From: Bugula neritina
Taxonomy: Eukaryota; Animalia; Bryozoa
Reading direction: 5' to 3'
NCBI GenBank assembly: GCA_964035545.1
Contig: OZ037765.1
Coordinates: 992,001-1,056,000, forward strand
DNA: 64,000 nt
This document shows, one piece after another, positions 14,501 through 25,451 of the stretch. Numbering within the stretch: position 1 is the stretch's first letter; the number at the start of each line of letters is the position of its first letter. The notes under the pieces were generated by a model, which was not told the origin of the DNA, did not search any database, and worked only from the letters and a program-made list of their open reading frames with translations. Position numbers and translations under genes: made by a program.

Positions 14501-17485
14501 TAAAACCAAATTCTGCTCTCTAATATACCTTAGACACAATGCAGCAACATAATTGTTCGTTTCAAATTACATTGCCACCCTTACATGAGCTGTGGGCTTC
14601 ATAAAGATTCATATGATTTATGCTATAGGCTAGCTATGGTGAAAAGAAAACACCATTGTCAAAGTTAACTTCAAGTATGTTGTTTTCCAGAAACTCAGTA
14701 ATGTCCATTTATATCTCTCGCATACAAATACTTATGTAATAGCATACAGCTTAAGTTTTATTTTAGAGCACATCTGCAAACTCTACAATAAGAGCTTGCT
14801 TTACCAGTCTATTTCAGACCTGTTTTTGTAGCTAGTAATACGCAAGCTACTTATTTTTAAACTTTTGGGTTATTTGTTCAAAACCATTAGCTTTGCTAGT
14901 AACCCGAGACTATTGCAACAGTTGACTGCTATCAACATGAATTGACAGCCTAATAATTATAACCCATTTGCGCGCAAAATATTTATGTACTCATAGTTAC
15001 TCATATAGTTGGAAATTTATTACCGATGACTGCGTGGTCCAGAGGTTAAAGGCGTCGGCGAGAAGCTGGTTGGTCAGGGTTCAATCCTAGTATGCTGCAT
15101 TTTTTTTTGTCAATTTATGCAAATCCTACGCATGTATAATAAATATGGCTATAATTGTAAAGTTTTTTTTAACTTTTGTTCAACAGTAAGACAACATACA
15201 TGCATAATACTTAGCTACTGAACACTGGGCTAAACTTTAAATTGATCTTATAGAATACAATGTACTTAAAATAATCATATGTGAATTAGAGAAACTGGAA
15301 GTACAACTGCTGCACTATAGACAGACCTTTACTGACAAGACTGCAAAGTGAAGTGATTTAGCTGAAATTAACTCTGCCAAACAAACAAAGAATTATGTTG
15401 TGCTGAGGCATTGTCAATAGATTGTAACATAGTGAGATGATTCAGCTAAGTGCTAATGTAAAACAGGGAACATTATATTGGCAGAAATCCAATAGATTGC
15501 CAATTTGTGCGAGAGGGTACTATATGTTATTGTGATAGCGCAGAGCGGCAAACGTACTAGGAATGTTATAATTAGTCACAGGAGCGTAGCTAGAACCACC
15601 ATATGAAGAATTTAGATAATTGCAGTGAAACTTGCAAAATGGTGTATGTTTTTACCAAATTGTAAAGAGCATAAACAGAATTTCAAAAAACAAAGAAAGT
15701 ATATTAGAGAAAACATATCAAGGAATGTCAAGTTTAACTTTTAGACTTTATAAAATGAATCCCCTGTGCTACAGCAGTGGAACATGGAGGGTGTAAAATT
15801 TTACTTATTATGCAACAACTTTCTCAGAAAATTTTTTATTGAAAAATTAAAAAAGTATATGAAAGAGGAATGCAAGAGCTATCTTTTCATGTAAAATTTG
15901 TTAATGTGAGACAAAAACTGTTCGAGCTATCCCCTGGAAACCGTTTATATATAACATAAAGCAGTGCCTGAATGTGGAAAGTAATGACCTTAAACTAACT
16001 GTGGTCTCATAATATTATTGCAATCCAAATTTCCAATAGGAGTTGTTCCTCTTTTTACTTGCTAGCAGAACAGCATTAAGTATATCAGTTGATGGAAGCA
16101 TTTATATTATGGTCCATATGATTTTTTTACAAAGATATTATGTTTTAATTCTTATATTTTCTATAATTAATTTATTATGATTCATTTTAAAATTACGTTT
16201 GCTTTGAGCTGCTTTCATGCATAGTAATTTAAGAATTTTTCAAATAATAATTTAAATTACATAATAGTTTAAAAGACATGAAAGAAAAATTTGCTTCACT
16301 GAAATAAAAACAATATAAATTCAAATATGTAGAAAAATTGATAGTCATTTAGGCTATTATAAACAACTATTACTCAGCACTCATCAAATGTTATTCTCAC
16401 TTTGAAATTATTAATATATATATGAAGTTGTCTTCTCAGGGAATGCCCAAGGAAGTGAGCAGAGCGAAGTTGATAGAAATACTGACTGTCTTTATTTTCA
16501 CTTCGAGTGTTCAACACGCTGCCGTCAACTTTGGTCAATACGATGAGTACGCCTTTCCACCAAACTACCCTGCTGACCTTCACGGCACCAGGCCCACTAC
16601 CAAAGTGAGTCATCAGCTTTCAATAGGCAATTATTTTACAAGGGGTTTAGGTTTGGGGATAGGGATTTGAGTATGGTAGTAATTATTCTGTTTCAAATAA
16701 ATGAAAATTTTCAACAATTTTATACAAAAATTTTATATAAGATAATTTTAGCACTCGTATCTAAAGAGTTTTTGTATATAAAATCATTCGCTGTGTTTCA
16801 GGATGAGCTGACGGAAGACTCGATAGTAAAGTTGGTGCCAGACAAGAAGCAGACGTTAGACATTATTGAAATCACTCAGGTGTTGAGTCAGAGAGGAACT
16901 AAAGAACTCGGCAACTTTGAGATCCGATATGGATATGACCCCATAGCTTCCAAGGCTTTAGACAGGTAACTGATTTTACTTCTGTGTTTATCCAAACTTG
17001 CTCACATTCTGTACCCCGTAAAAAAATTCTCTAAAATTTAAAATGGCAAAATTATATATACAGACGTTTGTAGGTCATTTTACATTTTTCAGTAGGTACA
17101 CACAAGCAAGTTAGGATTTAATATAAAAATTGGTTAAAAATTGTTAAAGTGAGAATTTTAATTATGTGTATAGAAAATCTTTCAGTTTGGAACTGCATAC
17201 TTCCAACTCTATCTGAAATCTAACTCAACAGACTCATTTTTAAAACTTTATTCAATGCTTACTGGAAAAGTCTGTTTACAAGTTTCAGCATAATGGTAAA
17301 ATAATTCTTTTATTTCAAGTACAATATTGTTTATGAATGCTTAGAAAAGTTTATATTATTTTATTGCTAGCTTTAAAGAAGAACTAAAAGCCATACAGTC
17401 AACGATAGAAGAAAAGAACAAGACAAGGAAAAGGAAGTATGACATTCTGCAACCTAAAGAAATCCCTAATGCTATCAGCATTTAG
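5501..17485 (+). CDS. Lipoxygenase paralog B, complete PLAT + LOX catalytic domain, 662 aa, 15 exons
   Basis: Exons 5501-5590, 7095-7273, 8045-8273, 8469-8513, 8796-8921, 9220-9317, 9763-9904, 11193-11288, 11760-11856, 11998-12115, 12505-12755, 13300-13373, 16440-16604, 16802-16965, 17371-17485 (1989 nt). PLAT motifs VVVYTGD, DEWYVERI, FPLNRW. LOX motifs [56 protein letters not shown]-stop. Intron 2 needs a GC donor. Confidence 0.95.
12965..13121. repeat. 7-bp (AGTTACT/AGTTACC) tandem repeat in LOX-B intron 11
   Basis: Visible heptamer array, absent from the equivalent LOX-A intron. Confidence 0.85.
13450..16003. mobile_element. Non-autonomous TIR DNA transposon, CMC/EnSpm(CACTA)-like, 2554 bp
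   Basis: Left end CACAGTTCGTTTAAGGTCATACTTTT...GCTTTATGTTCTATAT...GATAGCTCGAACAG is the imperfect reverse complement of right end CTGTTCGAGCTATC...ATATAACATAAAGC...AAAGTAATGACCTTAAACTAACTGTG. GT flanks both sides (candidate 2-bp TSD). The intron is 3066 bp here versus 389 bp in LOX-A. No transposase ORF. Superfamily is inferred from the CAC termini and 2-bp TSD. Confidence 0.8.
15028..15108 (+). pseudogene. tRNA-derived Pol III unit (tRNA pseudogene or SINE head) inside the TIR element
   Basis: A-box TGGTCCAGAGG (15035-15045), B-box GGTTCAATCC (15078-15087), T9 terminator at 15100-15108. Acceptor and T stems pair poorly, so it is not a functional tRNA. Confidence 0.6.
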
Positions 17486-19130
17486 ATGTTTAAAGAAGCA
17501 TTATATACAATATATATATAACAGATATAATAAAAGTTATATATATATATATATTATATATAGATATCTAAAATATGCTTCAATTGCTAAGAAAAAGCTC
17601 TTCTATCAATCATAAAAATATTCTGACAAACTCATAGTGAATGTTTCATTGTAACAATCATTTTATAAAAAGAAATTAATTTGCTAGACTTTAATAAAAG
17701 GTGTTGGTAGTTTATTGATATAATATATATTATAAAGCACATAATTTATTCTAAAGTCAATACTGAGATTAATTTTTATGTGATAAAACTGCAATTATTA
17801 CTCAAAGTTTACTAAATTATTGCAATTCAGTTTTAACATTATATGATTAGTTTTATAGTGCTATTTTTTACATTATTTGATTTTGGTGTTTGTATTTTAT
17901 TATGCTGTTTTACTGCATAGAAAAGTTTTTCAAAAAAATGTTCAAATATTGTTGCATTTATGCCAAATAAACATTTGAAATAATATGAATATTTTTATAC
18001 AAGAGTGTCTGCACTATGTACTTTTATCTTTTCTAATTTCATCACAAGTTGTTTTCAAACAATCATAGCTTTAAGGTCGTTTCTTCAAATTCTTCATCAG
18101 TTTGAACCAAATATCAACAGTTTATTATCTACAGTTCATTATCAACATTTCATTATCAACAGTTCATTATCAACAGCTAATTATCAACAGTTTTTGTTAT
18201 CAACAGTTTATTATTAACAGTTGATTATCAATAGTTCATTATAAACACATTATGATTAGTAACCATTATTTAGCATTAGATTTGCCTTATTGCAATAAAT
18301 ATACTATTAATACAATAAAACACTATAAATTTCATTCAAATTTTCAAAAAGGTGATGTTCAAGTAGCATAATATAAAAGTTAATAATAAAATTGAAGAGC
18401 TGAAGTTATTTTAGTCTCACTACTATTTATATATCATTCTTCTACTCTGATACTGCATATTATATGGCATTACCACACACGTCTAAGAACGCTGTCTGAT
18501 TTCAGGAAATGCGTAATTTATAACTGCTTTAGACTGGCTTAGATGTCCCATAATGCAGACTTTACCAGCTGCCAAGGTAATGGAATTAATCATAGATGAA
18601 GTGCTGGCTGGTAGAAATTAATAAGCAATCAGCACAATGAGGTGTACATATATCTAGCGTAGTTAGAGCTATAATGTAGTAGGTGCATTATAGAGCTCAA
18701 TAAGTTTATTTATCAGCCTTACAGCCTTTATCAGCCTTTTTCCCTTTTCCTCATTGTTTTTGTACAGTGCTATGCTATAGCGCTATTGTACAGTGCTATT
18801 GTGTAATCCTATTGATGCGGGTATTATATTACAAAAAAGCTAATAAGGTTAGTAAAGGTAAAGTGAATTACTAAAGACGCAGTTTTTTTGCTGGGATTAC
18901 ATACAGATGTACAGACAGACATAGGCACAGACAGAAGAATTCGTAGTAATTCTGCCTAGACCAGGTGATTTAGTTTAATCAAGACAAATGACTCAGAGTT
19001 ATAATGAAATGAAAGCCGATTCAAAGTAACTTATTTGGAACATCTAACATCTAACTCCATAGCAAAGTAAAGGCTTCGTTGTTTTGAAATTAATCAATCT
19101 AAACAGTCAATCGTGTTTTTTACAACAAGA

Positions 19131-19362
19131 ACTGTAGTATAGTAACTGTAGTATAGTAACTGTAGTATAGTAACTGTAGTAACTGTAGTATAGTAACTGT
19201 AGTATAGTAACTGTAGTATAGTAACTGTAGTAACTGTAGTATAGTAACTGTAGTATAGTAACTGTAGTAACTGAAGTATAGTAACTGTAGTATAGTAACT
19301 GTAGTATAGTAACTGAAGTATAGTAACTGTATAGTATAGTAACTGTAGTATACTAACTGTAG
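19131..19362. repeat. 14-bp minisatellite (AGTATAGTAACTGT)n about 100 bp upstream of the ankyrin-caspase ATG
   Basis: Directly visible array with interspersed 9-bp deletion variants. Confidence 0.9.
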
Positions 19363-19467
19363 TGCAGTGTCTGAAGTAGGTATATTATGGCTGAATCATC
19401 AAATCAGCCATATTACTACAACCACTGCTTAATTCTTTCAAATTTTTTAATTTAATGAAGGAAAAGG

Positions 19468-22400
19468 ATGGATGAAAATAATAAAAGTGAGTCTGGAGAT
19501 GAGTCAGAGAATGACTCAGTCTCTGACGGACCTGACTCTCTAAGTTCAGACGACTCCTCCGAGTCCAGTGGTGAAGATTTCTCTCCAGATTTGTCTGATG
19601 GTGAGTTGGAGTGGAATCAAGATGACAACACAACTCCAGCTGTAAGTTTCTTAGTATTCAATGCAAAGCAACTGTTTACAAAGTTAATAACTGTATTCTA
19701 TGTGGAGCTTGAGATACTTCCAATAATAATGAATATGAAATAAACTCCTGTAGTCCAAAATATTTTGGAATAAAAGATACTAAAATTAGAAAACCAAGAT
19801 TTTGTGTGTTGGTACCCTAGCTACTCCTAATGATCTTAATCATACATTGCTAAATAATTCAATGACCAAACTCGTTTGTTTAATTGCAACAACATTTTAA
19901 ATTGCCTGCGTAACAGCAAAATATGTTTATGTGAAAAAGTAATTTTATTTTATCTATCCTCAGAATCAGTTGAAAATAGCAGCCATGAATGGTGACATAG
20001 AACAAATGAACTCGATTCTGAAGAAAGACACAGGTCAGAACCTACTGCTGAATACAGACAGTCAGGGGCGCACAATTCTCCACAACTGTAGCACAGTGGA
20101 GTCGGCGAAATACATCCTGTCAGTTTGTCCCGCAGAGAAAAAGAAACGCTTACTTGAGACCAAAAGTTATTCTGGGGAAACAGTCTTACATTGCGCCGTG
20201 CAGACCGGATGTCCAGACTTGACTAGACTTTTCCTGAATGAAGTAAACCCAAATTCTAAGAAGTTGCTATTTGAAAAAGACGGGCATGATAGTACAGCCC
20301 TCCACTTTGCAAGGAATGTCGAAGTAGCCCAAGTGTTGCTAAATGCACTCACTTTTGAGGATCAGATTGAATTTATATTTTTGACAGATGAGTTTGGTTT
20401 GACTGCACTTCATCAGGCGTCTACACATAGATGCCTGGATGTAATATCGCTTTTCCTTAACACAGTCAAGAGTGAAAGTCAAAAGCTGTTGCTTCAGTCG
20501 GACGTGTATGGCCGTACCTCCTTAGCCTATGCTGGAAACTCAGCAACCGTTGAACTGCTAGTAGGACATTTTAATGGTGATCCAACTGAGTACATTTATC
20601 ATGCAGACCTGGAAGGTAGAACTCCGCTGAGAGTGACGATAGATGAAGGTTATCGATTAGATGTTATTAGATACTTTATTGAAATGTTTGACTCCGAGAA
20701 ACAAAAATTGATTCGAATGGCAGCAAAAGATGGTAGCACAACTCTCCACGGAGTAGAAAATGTAGAAACAGCTCAAATCTTGGTAGAAGCTGTGGCTCTG
20801 GTGGATAGGATTCCTTTTATCTTCCAGGAGAACACAGAAGGCCAGACAGCTTTCCATTCAGCAGCAGAGTTTGACAAAGAAGAAGTCCTAATTTATTTGG
20901 CTGATCAAGTAAAAACTGATTGCATAAAGTTGCTGACTGCCAGAGACAAACAAGGTCGAAATGCGTTGCACCTCGCCAATGAAAAGGCAACAGCAAGAAG
21001 ACTCTTGAAGTTGTTCACAGCTGCGTTGGAGTTGAGCCCAGATTCCAGTGGAGGTTTGATCAACGGATGCTCATATATAATGCAACTAGATAACTGTGGA
21101 GACTCAGCAGTGAGCATCGCTTTAGTGAAAAACGATGTCCAATATGATACGTTTAAATACTTGCTAAAACATGCTCGCGAACATGGCACAAAACAAAATT
21201 TAAAGTTTCTCTTAGAGCACAGAAATATTTCTGGAAGAAATGTTTTTCATTTAGCTTGTCTTTCCTTTTCCATTGAGAAGTTATTCCGAGTTTTAGAAAG
21301 CTATAAGAATTTTGTGGATGTTCAAGCTGTAGTTTTACCTGACAAATATGGAAACAGCCCTGTAAGTTACATAGCTGCTAAATACTACACACACTGGTTT
21401 GCCGACATTCTAATGCAGCTGCCATTACCACTAAGACGAATTCTGTGCGCAAGTAAAAACACAAGAGGTGTCAATGTGAAGGAGATCGTTCATCGTCAGC
21501 AGTTTGACAGGAAGTACTTTCTGGAGTCGATACTCGGAGAGCCATACATGTTTGTCAAAGGTGCTGAGGGCAGTTCTCAAGCTCAAAGGACAGACAGTTA
21601 CTACCGAACATCTTTCCAAAACTTTGTGTACAAACCAAAGAGACGTGAAGATGACGTCATACTGAAAGTCATCAATTATGCTTTGAACTACTATTCCATC
21701 ATAGATCCTGGTTCAGTCACATCTCTTGCTCTCTGTGTTGATTCATTGGATCAATCTTCACACCACCAGTTCAAGAGAGGCACTATTTCAAAGGCAAGAA
21801 TTTATAATTAAAAATTGGCAATCAACCAAAGAGTGCTAACTTTAACAAAATAGCAGAACGCAGTTTTGCTGTTGATAAGATTTTATAGAAGTCCATATGC
21901 CTGAGCGTTTCACTGTTTTTATTTGTTTATTATTTTAAAACAGGTGAGTAAGAAAATAGACTTAGCAATGAAAGAAGACGGGTCGGCTTTGTGGCTGTTC
22001 CTTCAAAGTGGCTGTGATGATGATAAACTGAGGCTAACTCAGCAAGCAATCAACTCTATGGACAAACCATCTTACCATGGTAAACCTAAAGTAAGTTACC
22101 TACCGGGTTATAGCTGCCTTCTATAATGTTTCTTGGGCGTGAAACTGTTTATCATCTCTATAGATAGATTGTTATATGTGGTTATATGCTCTAATTTGCT
22201 TTCGAATTGAAAATACTATATATGCATCAGAATAATTGTAGGAAATTTTTAAAACCTGCCTTATATGAAAGTTAGTGTGCAAGAAAAAGTAACTCGAAAA
22301 TTAACTGGTAAAATGCACGCCCTATTTTAAGTTTAGCATATTTTATATTTATTAAAATAAAGTTTTTCAGCACAAAAGTTGCTGCAGCAACTTTTTAACA

Positions 22401-25400
22401 TTCAACAATTATAGGCTTTTAAAGCCTCTTTCGCCACCTATATCATAAGAAACAACTTGCTTTTTTTATTCTAAACCAGAATTAATATTATAGCTTTAAT
22501 ATAATCAAAATTTTAAATAAATTGTAGACATGCTTGTACATTTGCTCAGTTATTTGCAGTGACAGTTCTCATCTTACACATGTTACTAGGTAGCTGTTGT
22601 ACAAGTAGTAGCACCACCACCAGATGATATGCAAGGTTCTCATCACCAGACTAGTCTTATTCCACCTGGTCCTGATTACCTCATCATTTCAGCTTTTCTG
22701 AGAGCAAATCACGAGAGAGATGAGTAAGTAGTTAACTTTCTCACCTAGAGGGTTGTACTCCTGTATGTGTAGCCGTATAGTAAGCTGTAATTTCAGTGAA
22801 GTTTTAAATTTGTTTGCTAGCAGTATTTGGTTATAGACAATGTCATTAATAAACTTAGTCTGCTAAAACAAGTCTGTTCTACAGCTTTTTCAATCCATTA
22901 AAAGTCTTAAGGTTTACAAAATCCACTTATAATAATTATATCATGTACACAAGTAGGAAATCTCGTGATATTAGAGAGGGTAAGTGTCATATGGCTGAGT
23001 TATGAAATGGTTAAGAATAGTCCTTAATATGGTACTTTTATTTCTGACAATGTATAAAAATGTATGCATATGGGGTAAAAGTCACTTCTTTAGTTAGAAT
23101 CAGCTTTTTAATGACATGAAACAGTAAAGGGTATCAAAATAAGTCTAAGCAAAATACGAATTGATAGATTATCTATTAAGGTATTTTTTTTATTCTAGAT
23201 ACTCACTTATAAATGCAATAATTGCTAAGGAAATACAGAAACAATTGTTATACATTATGAGTATATACCTTATGTTGAAACTTGACTTTCTGAATGAAGA
23301 CATCACTGAGGCATAACATATGCAGCTAATGCTATTCCACACAGGTCCTGTGAGAGATGGACCTTCAGTTCTCAAGACACATTCAGATGTGATATAGACG
23401 CAGTGTTGAAGAGACTAGAAAGAGACAGCAATGTGAAGGATGTCCTAATCAACTCAACTCTTGGGAGACAATATCAGTCAAGTTCTCCGTTGACTGAATC
23501 AGAACAGGATATCTCTGAACACCCTCGAGTGGATTTTGGTGAAGCGTATGGAGGTAAAGCTCTGCTCATCTGCAATACATTGGGTCGTCGCAACTGGGAG
23601 AAAGAGCTGCTTGATGCCCAGACAGTCACTGAAAAGTACTTTGGACTTCAGGTGAGAAAATTAGCCCTATTTCCAATAATATTTCTCTTAAATACCAGCT
23701 ATGGAACAGTGGTTAGAGGTTACAATTCTATATTTAAAATGCAACAGATTTGCTGGTGCCAATAACTCTTTTGTTCTATTAATAATTCTATAACTGCCAA
23801 GATAGTTTGAGTAAAAGTCTGTAGAATGTTGTTAAAAATCCAACTAGTTAGATTTTATAAAGGACTTTATACTGAAAATATGAGTATTTCTAGTACAACC
23901 TCATTACATTCTCTGATGGGTAAGGTTTTTTAGTTTTAACCAGGATACATAGGATATAGTGAGGGTACATGGTATAGTGAGGGTACATAGTATAATGAGG
24001 GTATATAGTATAGTGAAAGTGCATAGCTGTCATACTAACGATCTTGGACATCTTGCAGACGACAACCAAGAAGGACTTGTCCAGCGCAGACATGATACAG
24101 GCCGTAGCAGAGTTTAGCCGACTTCCTTCTCACGGCCCTGTAACCTGTCTCATTATCATGTCTCACGGTGATCAGAGAGGAGATATTGTTGACAATGCTG
24201 GCTCCACCTGTACTGTGCAGAGTTTGCTCCATGCTTTAGTCTCCCCTGAACTGTCCCCAACGTACAAAGTAAGTGAAAATCAGTTTTAGTCTGGGAAATA
24301 TTTTCTGCACCGCATCTGCTTGTCCTAATGTGAGTTTATACACTGCGGCATTTAAGTCAATGGTACATAGATATATAATAAAGTCTCATTTTGATTTCCA
24401 AATGCTGATTTCTTTTAGCTGCATTTAATATTGTTTGCATTGTGGGCATAGTTAGTACTACTTATTTCACTTGTTATTAGATTTAGTAATATTTATAGAT
24501 GCTTGTTGAGAATTCTTTTCCATGTACTTTACAGATTGCGGTGTTCTCTTTCTGCCGGGGTAGTATACGGCGCAGCTACACAAGAGTAGAGTGTAGCTGG
24601 GAGTACACAGAACTGCCTAACATCCTACGCTCCAAGGACGTGCCGCTAGTACAAAAGACTTTGACAGAACAAGAACTTTTGAAAGAATGGGAAGACAACC
24701 CTTTACCCGGCATCCATATTCCTAAAGATGTGTTTGTATGCTTTACTACTCTCCCAGATAGCAAGTGAGTTAAATAGTTTATTATATTTTTTATTTAAAA
24801 TTAGCATTTTTGAAAATTGAAATATCGAAATAAAAATTCCTTGTAAAAATTTACAGGAGCAAACGAGGCTTGTTCCTGGATGCATTGAGAAGTAATTTAT
24901 CGAATATGTGTAAATACAATATGGCTGACAAGTTCAAGGACTTTCCTACACAAACTACAAATTCAATTCCCACAGAATGCAGCATCGTCAAAGAGTCTTT
25001 CACTAAAGTTACTTTAGAATTATCTACATCTGTTGAAAGTCATTGTAATAAAACTAGTGAGCTCACAAACAATAATAACATAGTTGACTACACAGAAACT
25101 AATGAGATCATCAACAACGCCATTACTGATGACATCACACCTAATCAAGCCAACATTACGGTTGACATTTCTATGACTGACAAAGTCCAACAAAACCCGC
25201 TGTTGAGTGACGCTACCACTGCAATGAGGAGCGAGAATTATAGACCTCCGAGAAGCAAAAAGAGAGAGTTTTCCAGCGTAAGCCCTGCCCACACACAAGA
25301 AAAGATGGCGTGGAAAAAAAGAAAAAGAAGCCAAGTGGATTTGGTGCATTTGATAACGGATGTAGCAGCCGAAGTACGTGAGAACTCAGGGTATGCAGTC

Positions 25401-25451
25401 TACATCAACTACTGCTACAGACCAGATAAACATGTCATGTTATCTTTCTAG
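19468..25451 (+). CDS. Ankyrin-repeat / pseudo-caspase / caspase (peptidase C14A-like) fusion protein, 1208 aa, 8 coding exons
   Basis: Exons 19468-19641, 19964-21793, 21944-22090, 22590-22723, 23345-23651, 24059-24268, 24535-24764, 24857-25451 (3627 nt, phases consistent; intron 2 donor AAG|GCAAGA). About 13 ankyrin repeats (GRTILH, GETVLH, STALH, GLTALH, GQTAFH, GRNALH, GRNVFH). Caspase motifs GKALLICN..RR, CLIIMSHG (His 24164-24166), IAVFSFCRG (Cys 24553-24555), IPKDVFVCFTTLP, GLFLDAL, DLVHLITDV. Confidence 0.85.
21944..23474 (+). other. Degenerate, catalytically dead caspase-like domain within the ankyrin-caspase gene
   Basis: ALWLFLQSGC (position of ILSHG, no His), YHGKPK|VAVVQVVAP (position of LxGKPKLFFIQACRG, no Cys), IPPGPDYLIISAF (IPxxADFLxAYS) and INSTLGRQY (STLxKxLY) occur in caspase order. 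Intron phases 0/0/2 match those of the downstream active domain. Confidence 0.7.

Noticed and set aside
15028-15099. Functional tRNA gene
   Set aside because: A and B boxes are present, but the acceptor and T stems do not pair and no clean anticodon arm forms.
1-18610. LOX duplication as an assembly artefact (uncollapsed haplotypes)
   Set aside because: Introns are largely diverged and one exon differs at 9 of 25 residues, more consistent with true paralogs.
19970-21811. Stand-alone ankyrin gene acquired horizontally from an endosymbiont or virus
   Set aside because: It has an acceptor at 19963 and an in-phase donor at 21794, and joins upstream and downstream exons in one frame. Nothing here indicates foreign origin.
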